A stretch of 64,000 nucleotides of DNA, taken from Felis catus (lineage: Eukaryota). The stretch spans positions 25,112,001 to 25,176,000 of the forward strand of contig NC_058383.1 in assembly GCF_018350175.1 (NCBI RefSeq). The letters run 5' to 3'. Positions 53,090 through 64,000 of the stretch are shown piece by piece; within the stretch, counting starts at the first letter, position 1; each line of letters begins with the position of its first letter. The translations under genes were made by a program, and so were the position numbers. The notes beneath the pieces are model-generated. The model was not told where the DNA came from. It ran no database searches and saw only the letters and a list, made by a program, of their open reading frames with translations.

Positions 53090-53580
53090 CTCACAATGAA
53101 TTTGAGGCTGAAAGTCTGTGGTGGGCTCTTTGATGTGCTGCCCACTCCCACCCCCCCCCCCCCCCGCCATAAGAATGATTTAACCCTCCCACCCCACTGC
53201 CAGACCTCTTAGGGGAGTGCTGCAGCCAAAGAAAGCTTCCTCTCCCAGGGCCATATTCCCATCCCAGTGCAGCCTGCAACCATGCCTGATCTACATAGGG
53301 CTATAAAGCACCCTCCCAAACCTTGCCTGCAGCTCAGAAAACTCTGAAAGGTCATCCTACCTGCAGAACTCCCCATGGGGGTGTTTGAGGTCCCCAGTGT
53401 GACTACATCACAGTGCACCTTCGCCTGTTGCCCAATCCTGCCCCTTCCCTTCCCTTCATTTCCCTTCCCTTCCTTTCTCTTTCTTTCTTCAAGTGTTGAT
53501 CCCAAAGCACTCCCTAATAAACCTCTTGCATGTTAATCTCCTTCCCAGAGTTGATTTCTCAGAAAATCCACATAGGACAA
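53090..53580 (+). mobile_element. Ancient ERVL LTR (LTR16-like)
   Basis: ccctaataaacctcttgcatg...cccagagt...taggaca terminus. Confidence 0.6.
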
Positions 53581-54425
53581 TTACCCTGTGGTGACAAAGC
53601 ATCAGTGAGCTTCTGGATTATGTACAGATTTCATTAGCTTTAGGCTTAACATAGCTGCTCTCATCTCTACCCTAGATTCAAAAATACTTTTTTTTTTCCC
53701 TTTCCCTGGGGCAAACTCCTATCTTGCGCCCACTTCCAAAAACTGGGTCCCCCTTCAGTGTCAACCGCCATGCTTTAGTTCCCTGCCCTAGAGTGAACAC
53801 AGATATATAGTGGATTCTGTGCTTTTTGCCTTTTCTGGTAAGAGCACCCCTGTTTTCCTGTGGAGAGCTATGCCTCTCTCCCTCAGTCCATATCATGGGT
53901 GTAAGTCTGTCTTTTCTCCATCTTTCCTGCACTTGCTTCAGAGGTGATCACATGACCCAGAACTGGCCAATCAGAGTGTTCCATCACCCTGCTTAAGGGA
54001 TTGATTTAATGATGGGCCCATGACTTAACACGGTCCAATGAGAATCAACCTGAAGACTTTTGCTGGTGCCTTTAGGGGAAAAGATGCTCTTGTATTATGT
54101 GATTTGCTAAACTGCTAAAAACCTATATTTGGAGCTGCTGGTAGCCATCACAAAGGGGGAACATATATACCTTGTGCTAATCCTGTTAGATACATGGCTC
54201 CAAACACTGAAGAGGCTAGGAGATCCCAAGTTATCTGAAACAAAAATGTCCCACCAAAGGTCACTTGACATCCAGCTTGCTAAGTCATGCTCCCTCTTGC
54301 CTCCCTTCCCAACTGTCTTTCTCGAAAACACCAGTGGTAGTCCATCCAAAGAGAAATGGATTTGAGCTCTGAAAAGTCTCAAGCCCTGATCATGTATCTC
54401 TGTAGAGAGGAAGGGCTTTTCTTAC

Positions 54426-54569
54426 CCAGCATTCATCTTGGCCTTGATGCCCAGGCTTGAGTGGGAGTGTTCTGCCACCTTGGGAAGGCCACTAGTCCCA
54501 CTGGTGAAGTAGATGGCAGCTGCTTCTTGGCTTCCAGTCTCAACACAGCAATGAGTGGTAGACGCTTCT
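54426..54569 (-). pseudogene. ACSM2: ACSM2-like exon (equivalent of coding exon 4, 144 nt; P-loop)
   Basis: tctttgtcag| and [55 protein letters not shown] closely resembles recalled ACSM2[49 protein letters not shown]. Confidence 0.92.
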
Positions 54570-55129
54570 CTGACAAAGACACAAACTGTCCAATTCTCAG
54601 TTCTGCCCTGGACACCAGAAGTCCTGGAGACTCATCTCTTTCCACTTTCCTCCATGCTGGCAAGGACAAGTCAAGCCAGCCCACTTCAAAAGGGGAGCTT
54701 ATGAATGGTTAAGATCAAGACATCCAGTCAGGCTTGGACTCAAAAACCACTCAGATTTGGCACTTTGTTAACTATGGGACTCTGGACTATTTATTTAACT
54801 TCTCTGAGTTCCATTTTCTGTATCTGTGAAATGGCATCGATAATTCTCATAGAGTTAATGAGAAAAGGAAATTAATTGTAACACAAAGAAAGAACAAAGA
54901 AAATGAGCAACTTGCTCAGCACAAACTCAATAAACGTTAACCTGATTGTTGTTGGGAGCCCTTGCACAATACAAGGTAAACAATATGTGCTCACTTAGTA
55001 TCAGTTCTCGCAGTACAGCCTCTTCTATTTTCCCTTGACTTCCCTCTCTCAAACATCTCCTGTAGTGTCTCGATTTCAAGTCTCTCAAAGCTCGTCACAT
55101 GTTGTCTCTTTCTTTGACAGTTAGGAAAC

Positions 55130-55862
55130 CCATAGAGAGAACAAAAGCTTTTGTCATGTCATGCTTGTGAAATTAGAAAAAGCTTTTGTTCTTCCTATGG
55201 GCATTCTAAGAGATGTGTCTCTAGTGGAGGGAGTCCAAACATGTGACAGGGAAACACATTCTTCCAATCAATCCTGCCATCCACTGTTGGAAGGACACAT
55301 AGCGTTAGAAGCCTTGCATAGAGATACAGAGGGTAGGGAGAAGACACTCAGTATATCAGCATCCTCTTGTATTTTACCTTATATGCTCTTGGCCTCACCT
55401 CTGATTCCTGCCAGGTTTGCAGTAACCAGCTCTGGGGATTTCAATCCAGTTGGTGCTGCTCTTGGTGTGGACCATGGGTGACTCCCTTTTGTGCCCAGGA
55501 CTTCTCTGTTACCACCATGGCAAGGGACTCTGAGCCTGCTCTGCATGCACGCATGTGCAGCCCCCAAGTGTGGGGTATATGATGCCCCGCCCAGTACAAC
55601 CCTCCACCAATAGGAGTCAGATGGCTCAATGCTTGTCAGTCCTTGAGTGGACAATCCTGGGAGGCATTCTGTGAGGCCCCTGCAGATCAAGCCCACTTAC
55701 CCCATGCAGTGACCCAATAACAAACTTTTAAATTATCTTTTCCTTCTTCCCTGCTTCACACTCCCCAGTCTCACACTCTGCTCCCTGGACCTCCCAAATA
55801 AAGCACCTGCTCCTAAGTGCTTTGTTCAGTTTCCACTTTTGGCGAAAACGCAGGATGAGACA
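55130..55862 (+). mobile_element. Ancient ERVL LTR (LTR16-like) ending 14 bp from an ACSM2-like exon boundary
   Basis: ctcccaaataaagcacctgc...gagaca terminus; 5' boundary uncertain. Confidence 0.55.
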
Positions 55863-55875
55863 TGTAGATACTCAC

Positions 55876-56083
55876 CGTAGCAGTGTCCTGAAATCCAGCC
55901 ACCCATTCCAGCTTTTCTCAGATACCAGTAGCTTCGTTTTCAGGAAAGGGCAGTCAGGGGTCACAGCGTCCACTGCCTGGGCCACTCTGTCGCCAGCCAT
56001 GATGGCCCTGGCCTTAGACATCTGCGGCATACAAAGAACGTCCTTGGCTTTCATTTGGATAGTCCCGGGCATGAAGATGAGGC
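55876..56083 (-). pseudogene. ACSM2: ACSM2-like exon (equivalent of coding exon 3, 208 nt), open frame but with radical substitutions
   Basis: cctcctccag| and [40 protein letters not shown]...[32 protein letters not shown] is ACSM2-type; conserved ILYRLQ is VLCMPQ here. Confidence 0.9.
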
Positions 56084-56588
56084 CTGGAGGAGGCAAAAGT
56101 CTTAGAGAGAACTGGGAGTGAGGGTTATCTTCTCCCCTAGAGAAACGTGATGTAAACAGCCAGTAGGGAGCAAATGGGGGAGGGGTGAGGAAGGGATGGC
56201 CACTGGGGAATATCAGTAACAAGCCACTGAGGATCAGAGTGATTGTAACAGATTTCCTGGTGGTGGTGAACTTCAAGAGGTGTACTGGGACTAGGGAGAG
56301 AAACTGATCTCACACCATGGACAGTCTAACCCTTCTTCCCCCCCACCCCCCCAAACACACATACACTGCCCCACAGGAGTTTCCTATATCCAAAGACTCT
56401 CATATAGGATCTAAACTAAGGAAAGACATTTAGAATTTTTCTAGTCCTGCAACACAGGTCCTACTCTAGACCCTGGTGACTTCTCCCAAACCTGGGACAC
56501 TGAATTTTCACAGGCGAGAGTGCTCTTAGTTTTCTTCGTTTTTGTTTTCTATCTTGATGAGACTCTCATGATTTTGTTTATTCTTCTA

Positions 56589-56786
56589 AAGTTTCTTTAT
56601 TGTGGAAGGAGAGGGAGACAGAGAGTGAGCAGGGGAGGGGCAGAGAGAGAGGGAGACACAGAATCTGAAGCAGGCACCAGGCTCTGAGCTGTCAGCACAA
56701 AGCCCGATGCGGGGCTCGAACTCACAAGCTGTGAGTGACCTGAGCTGAAGTTGGATGCTTGACTGACTGAACCACCCAGGCGCCCC
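56589..56786 (-). mobile_element. Can-SINE
   Basis: TSD tgtttattcttcta. Confidence 0.92.
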
Positions 56787-57857
56787 TGTTTATTCTTCTA
56801 GAGAATAACTAGACTTACAGTTCACCATTTACAAAGCTGATTTCGCACATTCCTCCTGATGAACAGCTTTTACCCCTGGCTCACTTTCTTCCCACTTGTA
56901 ACACTTCAGGATCCACACTGGACCTGTTAACCACGTCCAGTGTGTCTCCACCATAATGGCCATGTTGAGTCAGGCCCACAGAAAAGCAGACACATCTCCC
57001 CCGCTGAGTTCTCCTTCCCTTCAGACCATAATCTCTCACTCTGTCACCTTCCTCACATGGCCTGGAAGGGCCTCCATGAGACCCCAAGTTCCTACAATTG
57101 TTTCTACCTCCTCTGATTACTCCTGTGTTTTGACCACAATTACATCTTCCTCCTTATTGAGAGAATATCTGTTGCATGTGAGAGAGGCCAGGAAGGAAAG
57201 GGTGGGAATGAGGGAAGGTTGTGCAGGAGTTTCTGTGGCTCATTCTTAGACCTCTCCATTTGTCATCTCTCATCTCTAAAGGTTGATGATTCTAGAATTT
57301 CTGTCTCCATCCCAGCTGTTGTGCCCTTCAATGCAATTTCTTCTCACTTCCAATCCCCTTTTCTTTTTCCCATACATATTTTTGATTGAGATATAATTGA
57401 TATATAACACTGTACTATTTTTAGGTGTCCCAAGTAATAATTTGCTATATGGATATATTACGAAATGCTTACCACACAAGTTAACATCCATCACCACACA
57501 TAATTACAAGTATTCTTTCTGGTGATAACAACTTCTAAGATCTACTCTCTTAGCGACTTGCAAATACACCAGACATTATCATTAACTAGAGTCCCATGCT
57601 GTACGTTACATCCCCAGGACCTATTTATCTTTTAATGGGAACTTCTCATCCCTTCTTGAACATCACATGAGCACCCCCAACACTTACCTAACTGAACCTG
57701 TCATCTTATCCCAACACCCCAATACCTGTTTCTCCCTATGGTCCTCACTGCAGGGAAAGCCTGTAGCATCCACCCAGCTGCCTGAGTGTCTGTGACTTCC
57801 CCATCTCCCTGGCTTTCTTCCACTACCATATGTCATTCATCAAAAAAGGGTGTTCTT

Positions 57858-58050
57858 GGGGCACCTGGGCAGCTCAGTTGGTTAAGCGTCTGACTTGGCT
57901 CAGGTCATGATCTCATGGTTTGTAGGTTCGAGCCTCGCATTGGGCTCTGTGCTGACAGCTGAGAGCCTGGAACCTGCTTTGGATTCTGTGTCTCCCTCTC
58001 TCTCTGCTCCTCCCCTGCTCACACTCTCTCACAAAAATAAATAAACATAA
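57858..58050 (+). mobile_element. Can-SINE
   Basis: TSD aaaaaagggtgttct. Confidence 0.92.
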
Positions 58051-58569
58051 AAAAGGGTGTTCTCAACTTCCTCCTAATTGCCTCTTAAATCCACTTACTT
58101 GTCTCTGTCTCAACCACCCCATCCAAGCTTGAAGCCACCATTATGCCTTGTCTCCTGTCTGGGTTTCCCAACCCACTCCTGCCCTCCTTCATCTCATCTC
58201 TATGCACCATCCAGCATGACCTTTTACAAACAGAATATGATCATGTCACTCAATCCATCCATGCTTTTCCATTCCTCACTGGATAAGGATGCAGAACCCT
58301 CCCCATGGCATCCAGGGTCCTGCCCATCTTTCCAGGCTCACTTGCCACTAGTTTCTCCTTGCTGTCTCCAAATACACAGACCTCTTTTCAGTGTTTCCCG
58401 TAATTTGCAAGCTTCTTTCCTGTCTGTTCTGTTCCTTCTGCTCGAGGCATCCCTCTCTGTCTCTTCTCCTGGCTGAATCCCACATATCCTTCAGATTCCA
58501 GCCCAAATATCACTCCACTGAGACTTCAGTGACCCTCTCAGATTAGTCAGTTCAGGTCTCCTTTTATAA

Positions 58570-58785
58570 TAGGGAATGACAACATTTTTGTGCAAAGGGC
58601 CAAATAGTAAATATTTTCAGCCCTATGGGCCAGATGCTGTCTGTCCCAAATACTCAAGTCTCCCATTGTGGTGCAAAAGCAGCTACAGACTATATGTAAA
58701 TAGGGCATGGCTATGGTCCAATAAAACTTTATTTACAAAAACAATCTGTGGACCAGATTTAGCCTATAGGTCATAGTTTGCCAAC
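58570..58785 (+). mobile_element. hAT DNA transposon fragment (MER58-like); a related fragment lies at about 52495-52645
   Basis: aaagggccaaatagtaaatatttt...ccaataaaactttatttacaaaaaca...atagtttgccaac. Confidence 0.75.
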
Positions 58786-59127
58786 TTTTTTTTCATTAAG
58801 TTCTTATAAAATTCTCATGCCATTTATCAAAATTGTGATGAAATAATTATGTGTGCAATTAATAGTTGAATGGCCATCTTTCTCCAAAGATCTTTAAGTC
58901 CCATGAATGCACAGGCCATGTTTTGTTTACTCTGTATTAGCAACCTCTAGCATAGTGCTTGGTGCATAGCTTGCTTAAATAATTAGAAAAAAGGGTGGTA
59001 TTTCCTTATGAGGAGAGACAGTATGCTATGTGGACGGGACATCTTTTGGGAGGGGCAGTTGAATTTCTCTGCCATCAGCTTCCTTCACAAGGGAGAGGGT
59101 GACCAGACCAGGTGGCCAATTACCAAC

Positions 59128-59335
59128 CTCCTCGCATGCAGCCCAGGGTCACCAGCCACCTTTCAGGCACTTGGGGCAGCACCACAGCCACAAGGTCCCC
59201 ATGCTGCTGGCTGCATGCACCCAAAAGGACATTGGCTGCCTGCTGGCTGAGTTCACTCAGTTCACTGAAGTTCATTATTTCATCCCCATCACTGCTCACT
59301 CACCACAGGGCTGGATCTGTAGGTCGCTTGCCAGC
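59128..59335 (-). pseudogene. ACSM2: ACSM2-like pseudo-exon (equivalent of coding exon 2) with in-frame TGA and 3-bp deletion
   Basis: ttcttcag|GCT...[77 protein letters not shown] versus recalled human ACSM2[44 protein letters not shown]; stop at 59300-59302; 208 nt versus 211 nt in the ACSM1 paralogous exon. Confidence 0.9.
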
Positions 59336-59439
59336 CTGAAGAAAGAGACCAGCTTATCAGGGTGGGCTGGCACACATGCACAGAGAATAAATCCCCTGCC
59401 TCGCCTCGGAATTGTCACATCAATGCTTAGTAGACTTGT

Positions 59440-59995
<556 letters not shown>

Positions 59996-60532
59996 ATTTG
60001 TTTACTTGTTTCCCTCTCTCTCTATTGATGTATTTTTTTCTTTTTTATTACAAATATATATACCATAAAATGTATTATTTTAATCATTTTTAAGTGTACA
60101 GTTCAGTGGCATTAAGTGCTTTCACATTGTTATGCAGCTATCACCATCATCCATCTCCAGAACCATCTCATCTTTCTAGCCTGAAACTGTCCCCATTATG
60201 CAAGAACTCCCCAGTTCTCCCTCATCCTAGCACGTGGCAACCAGCTTCTACTTTCTGTCTCTATGAATCTGACTGCTCCAGGAACCTCACATAAATGGAA
60301 ACACACAACCTTTGTCCTCCTGTGACTGGCTTATTTCACTTAACACACTATCTTCAAAGGTTCATCCTCGTTAGAGCATACAACAGAATTTCACTTTTTA
60401 AAAGGCTAAACAACATTCTATCATATGGATATACCATATTCTGTTTATCCATTCATCCCCTGACCCTACCTTCTGGCTATTGTGAATAATCCTATCACGA
60501 ACAAATATCTCTTCAAAACCCTGCTTTTCATT

Positions 60533-62383
60533 TTAATTTGTTTCCATGTATTTTATTTCTTCTTTTATTTCCTGATTGACCCATTCATTGTTTAGTAGCA
60601 TGTTGTTCAACCTTCATGTATTTGTGGTCTTTCCAATTTTTTTCTTGTGGTTAACTTCTAGTTTCACAAGGGTGCGGTCGGAAAATATGCATGGTATGAT
60701 CTCAATCTTTTTGAACCTGTTGAGGGCTGATTTGCGACCTAGTATGTGATCTATTCTGGAGAATCTCCCATGTGTATTTTGCTGCTTTAGGATGGAATGT
60801 TCTGAATATATCTGTTAAGTCCATCTGGTCCAGTGTGTCATTCAAAGTCATTGTTTCCTCGTTGATCTTCTGCTTAGATGATCTTTCCATTGCTATAAGT
60901 GGGGTGTTAAAATCCCCTACTAGTATTGTATTATTATCAATGAGTTCCTTTATCTTTGCTATTAATTGTTTTATATATTTTGGTGTCTCATGTTAGGAGC
61001 CTGAATATTTACAACTGTTAGATCTTACTGGAGAGTCCCCTATATTATGATAAAGTGCCCTTCTTTAGCTCTTGTTACAGTCTTTGGCTTAAAAATCAAG
61101 GGGCGCCTGGGTGGCGCAGTCGGTTAAGCGTCCGACTTCAGCCCGGTCACGATCTCGCAGTCCGGGAGTTCGAGCCCCGCGTCGGGCTCTGGGCTGATGG
61201 CTCAGAGCCTGGAACCTGTTTCTGATTCTGTGTCTCCCTCTCTCTCTGCCCCTCCCCCATTCGTGCTCTGTCTCTCTCTGTCCCCAAAATAAATAAACGT
61301 TGAAAAAAAAAAATCTAGTTTGTCTTGGGGCGCCTGGGTGGCTCAGTCGGTTGGGCATCTGACTTCGGCTCAGGTCATGATCTCATGGTGTGTGGGTTTG
61401 AGCCCCACGTCAGGCTCTGTGCTGACAGCTCACAGCCTGGAGCCTGCTTCGAATTCTGTGTCTCCCTCTCTCTCTGCCCTTCCCTACTCATGCTCTGTCT
61501 CTCTGTGTCTCAAACATTGAAAAAAAATTTTTTTAAATAATCTAGTTTGTCTGATACAAGTATGGCTACCCTGGCCCTCTTTTGTTACCATTTGCATGAC
61601 AAATGTTTCTACATTGTCTCACTTTCAATCTGCAGGTATCATTAGGTCCAAATTGAGTCTTTTGTAGGCAGCATATAGATGGGTCTTGGTTTTTTATCCA
61701 TTCTGATGCACTATGTCTTTTGATTGGAGCATTTAGTCTATTCACATCCAGAGCAATTATCGATTGATATGTGTTTATTGCCATTTAAGTAGTTGTTTTG
61801 TCTTTGTTTCTGGAGATTTTCTCTGTTCCTTTCTTGTCTTCTCATCTTTGGTCTTTCTGTTCCGCTCAAAGAATCCCCTTTAATATTTCTTGCAGAGCTG
61901 GGTTAGTGGTCACGAAATCCTTTAGATTTTGTTCGTCTGGGAATCTATTTCTCCTTCTAATCTGAATGATAGCCTTGCTGTATAGAGAATTCTTGGTTGC
62001 AGACATTTCCTATTAAGACATTGAACATACCATGCCACTCCCTTCTGGCTTGCCAAGTTTCTTTTGAGAGATCTGCAGCCAGCCTTATGGGTCTTCCCTT
62101 GTCAGTTAGGGACTTCTTTTGTCTTGCTGCTTCTAGAATTTTTCTTTATCACTATATTTTGCAATTTTAATTAAATATGCCTCGACGTTGGCTGCTTTTG
62201 TTTATTTTGATGGGAGTTAGTACCTCCTGGATTTGGATGTCTGTTTCTGTCCCCAGAACACGGAAGTTTTCAGCTATGATTTCCTCAAACAAAATTTCTG
62301 CCCCCTTTTCTCTCTTCTTCTTCTTCTGAGACTCCTATAATACAAATGTTATTATGTTTGATGGAGTCACTGAGTCTTCTCAG
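60533..62383 (-). mobile_element. Carnivore L1 internal fragment (mid-ORF1 to endonuclease end), no 3' end or poly(A)
   Basis: Minus-strand [38 protein letters not shown] and [20 protein letters not shown]; flanked by a duplicated host sequence. Confidence 0.88.
61100..61540 (+). mobile_element. Two tandem Can-SINEs (about 61100-61311 and 61327-61538) inside the L1 fragment
   Basis: Two ggggcgcctgggtggc heads separated by target sequence aatctagtttgtct. Confidence 0.95.
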
Positions 62384-62446
62384 CAAGACCCTACTTTTTC
62401 ATTCTTTGGGGTATATACCCAAGAGTGAAATTGCTAGTAATTCTAT

Positions 62447-62665
62447 TCTATTTTATTTTACTTTATTTATAATTTTTTTAGAGAGGGATAGAGTAAGTGC
62501 ACAAGTTGGGGGAGGGGCAGAGGGAGAGGGAGAGGGAGAAAGAGAAGCTCATGTAGGCTCTATGCCCAGCACAGAGCTCAATGCAGGGCTTGATCTTACA
62601 AACTGGGAATCATGACCTGAGCTGATATCAAGATGCTTAACTGACTGAGCCACCTGGGTGCCCCA
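62447..62665 (-). mobile_element. Can-SINE
   Basis: Flanking taattctatt repeat; catgacctgagctga core. Confidence 0.85.
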
Positions 62666-63409
62666 AATACTAATTCTATTTTAAATATTTTTGAGGAGCT
62701 GCCATAGTGTTTTTCAGAGAAGCTGTACCTTTTTACATACCCACCAGGGATGCACAAGGATTCCCATTTGTCTTAGTTTTGTTTTGAAATAGTTTTGATT
62801 TCACGGATTACTCTGGAAGAGTCTCAGGTATCCTCAGGGGTTCCCATATCATAGTTTGAGATCAGTAACACAAAGACAAAGAAAAAATCCACTCCTGCTC
62901 CCTGATACTCTACCTGCCTTATACATCTCTCTTCTGAAGTCTGGATTTGTGCTTTCTCCTGCACCTGTTACTCCCTCTTCCCTGTGCAAATACCCTCTGG
63001 TTCCTCAGCTCCAGTGTTAGGAACCTCTTTACCCATGACTATATAGTACAGCTATATACGAGCTATAGAAGCTCATGATTAAGGACGAAGGACCTGAAGT
63101 CTGCCTGGATTTGAATCTGGCTTCCACTGCTACTGCATTGTGTGCTCTTGAAGAAGTTGTTACTCTTTCTCCGAGTCTCAGTCTTATTTGAAAATGGGGG
63201 ACAGTCCTAGAAAACCATTTAGACGAGTGAGGATTGAACTTCATAGTGCATATCAAACACACCCAGCCACAATAAAATGTTTAGAATACCTCTGGTAGGG
63301 ACCACTAGAAACTGGTAACCTCAGTTGCTTCTGGAGAGGGGAGCTAGTTTGACTTTGAATTGGATCCAGTGGGCTTTTTTATTAACTTATTCAAATTAAA
63401 GTTTTATTT

Positions 63410-63881
63410 ATTAAAAAGGACTTCAACCATCTCCACTTTGACCACAGTTTGTACTTTCTAACTGATTAAGCTCTTTCCAGCTTACCTTTTAATTCGGACA
63501 AAAGACCCCGCGGGCAAAGCATCCTCTGCCAGAAATGAACCTACTCCCTCAAGCAAGAATAACTGCCCTGATTTAGCAAGACCCTGGGGGACTGACCAAG
63601 GCAAAGACCCACCTGACCTTTACTGCCCCTCTGCCCATACCCACCAACCTTTGTGCCACATTTTCCTTACAAAAGCCTGGAAATACGTTCAACACTTTGG
63701 AGACAGTGTTTGAGATGCTAGTCTGCTGTCTTCCCGGTGTTGACCTCACTGAAATGCATTCCTTTCTTGTTCACCACCACTTGCCTGTTTGCCTTTGAAT
63801 TTTGTCAGTGGTGAGTGACCAAACCTGATCTGGTTGGGACCCCAGAGCCAGGTGCTCTTGCATTCCTTCACCCCAGCTACA
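63410..63881 (+). mobile_element. ERV1-type solo LTR (MER34/MER39-like)
   Basis: ctttggagacagtgtttgagatgctagtctgctgtcttccc...gctaca R/U5-like end. Confidence 0.55.
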
Positions 63882-64000
63882 TTTCCTTTTTCAGAGTAAA
63901 TAGGTAAATTGTTTTCTTAAAAAAAAAAATGCATTCTCATACAACGAACAGTAAATTATAGCAAGACTAGAATGGGAGACTTGGAGAACTGTCTTTGGAC

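Larger units (their letters stand above)
60030..62770 (-). mobile_element. L1MB-like 3' fragment split by a younger L1 fragment and SINEs
   Basis: ttttaagtgtacagttcagtggcattaagt..., then caagaccct..ttcattctttggggtatatacc continuing at 62384. Confidence 0.75.

Overview
Mammalian genomic DNA, almost certainly a felid: it carries many tRNA-derived Can-SINEs of the SINEC_Fc type and cat-type L1s. The window lies in the ACSM (medium-chain/xenobiotic acyl-CoA synthetase) cluster. On the minus strand are six in-frame, GT-AG-bounded coding exons of an apparently intact ACSM1 (ATG at 31722, 992 coding nt, gene continuing past position 1). Upstream, in tandem on the same strand, are remains of an ACSM2-type gene (59335 to 51509). 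These have a nonsense codon and a 3-bp deletion in one exon, a frameshift plus premature stop in the terminal exon, and no recognisable middle exons. This looks like a dead ACSM2, the benzoate/salicylate-activating ligase, which may bear on poor glycine conjugation in cats. The rest is mostly transposable elements. Two long L1s share the same in-frame TAG in ORF2. There is also a twin-primed L1, an L1 with a short 3' transduction, an apparently internally primed L1, three cases of re-insertion at one target site, solo LTRs, about 26 SINEs and microsatellites. Gene and repeat names come from recalled reference sequences, not database searches, and old-repeat boundaries are approximate.
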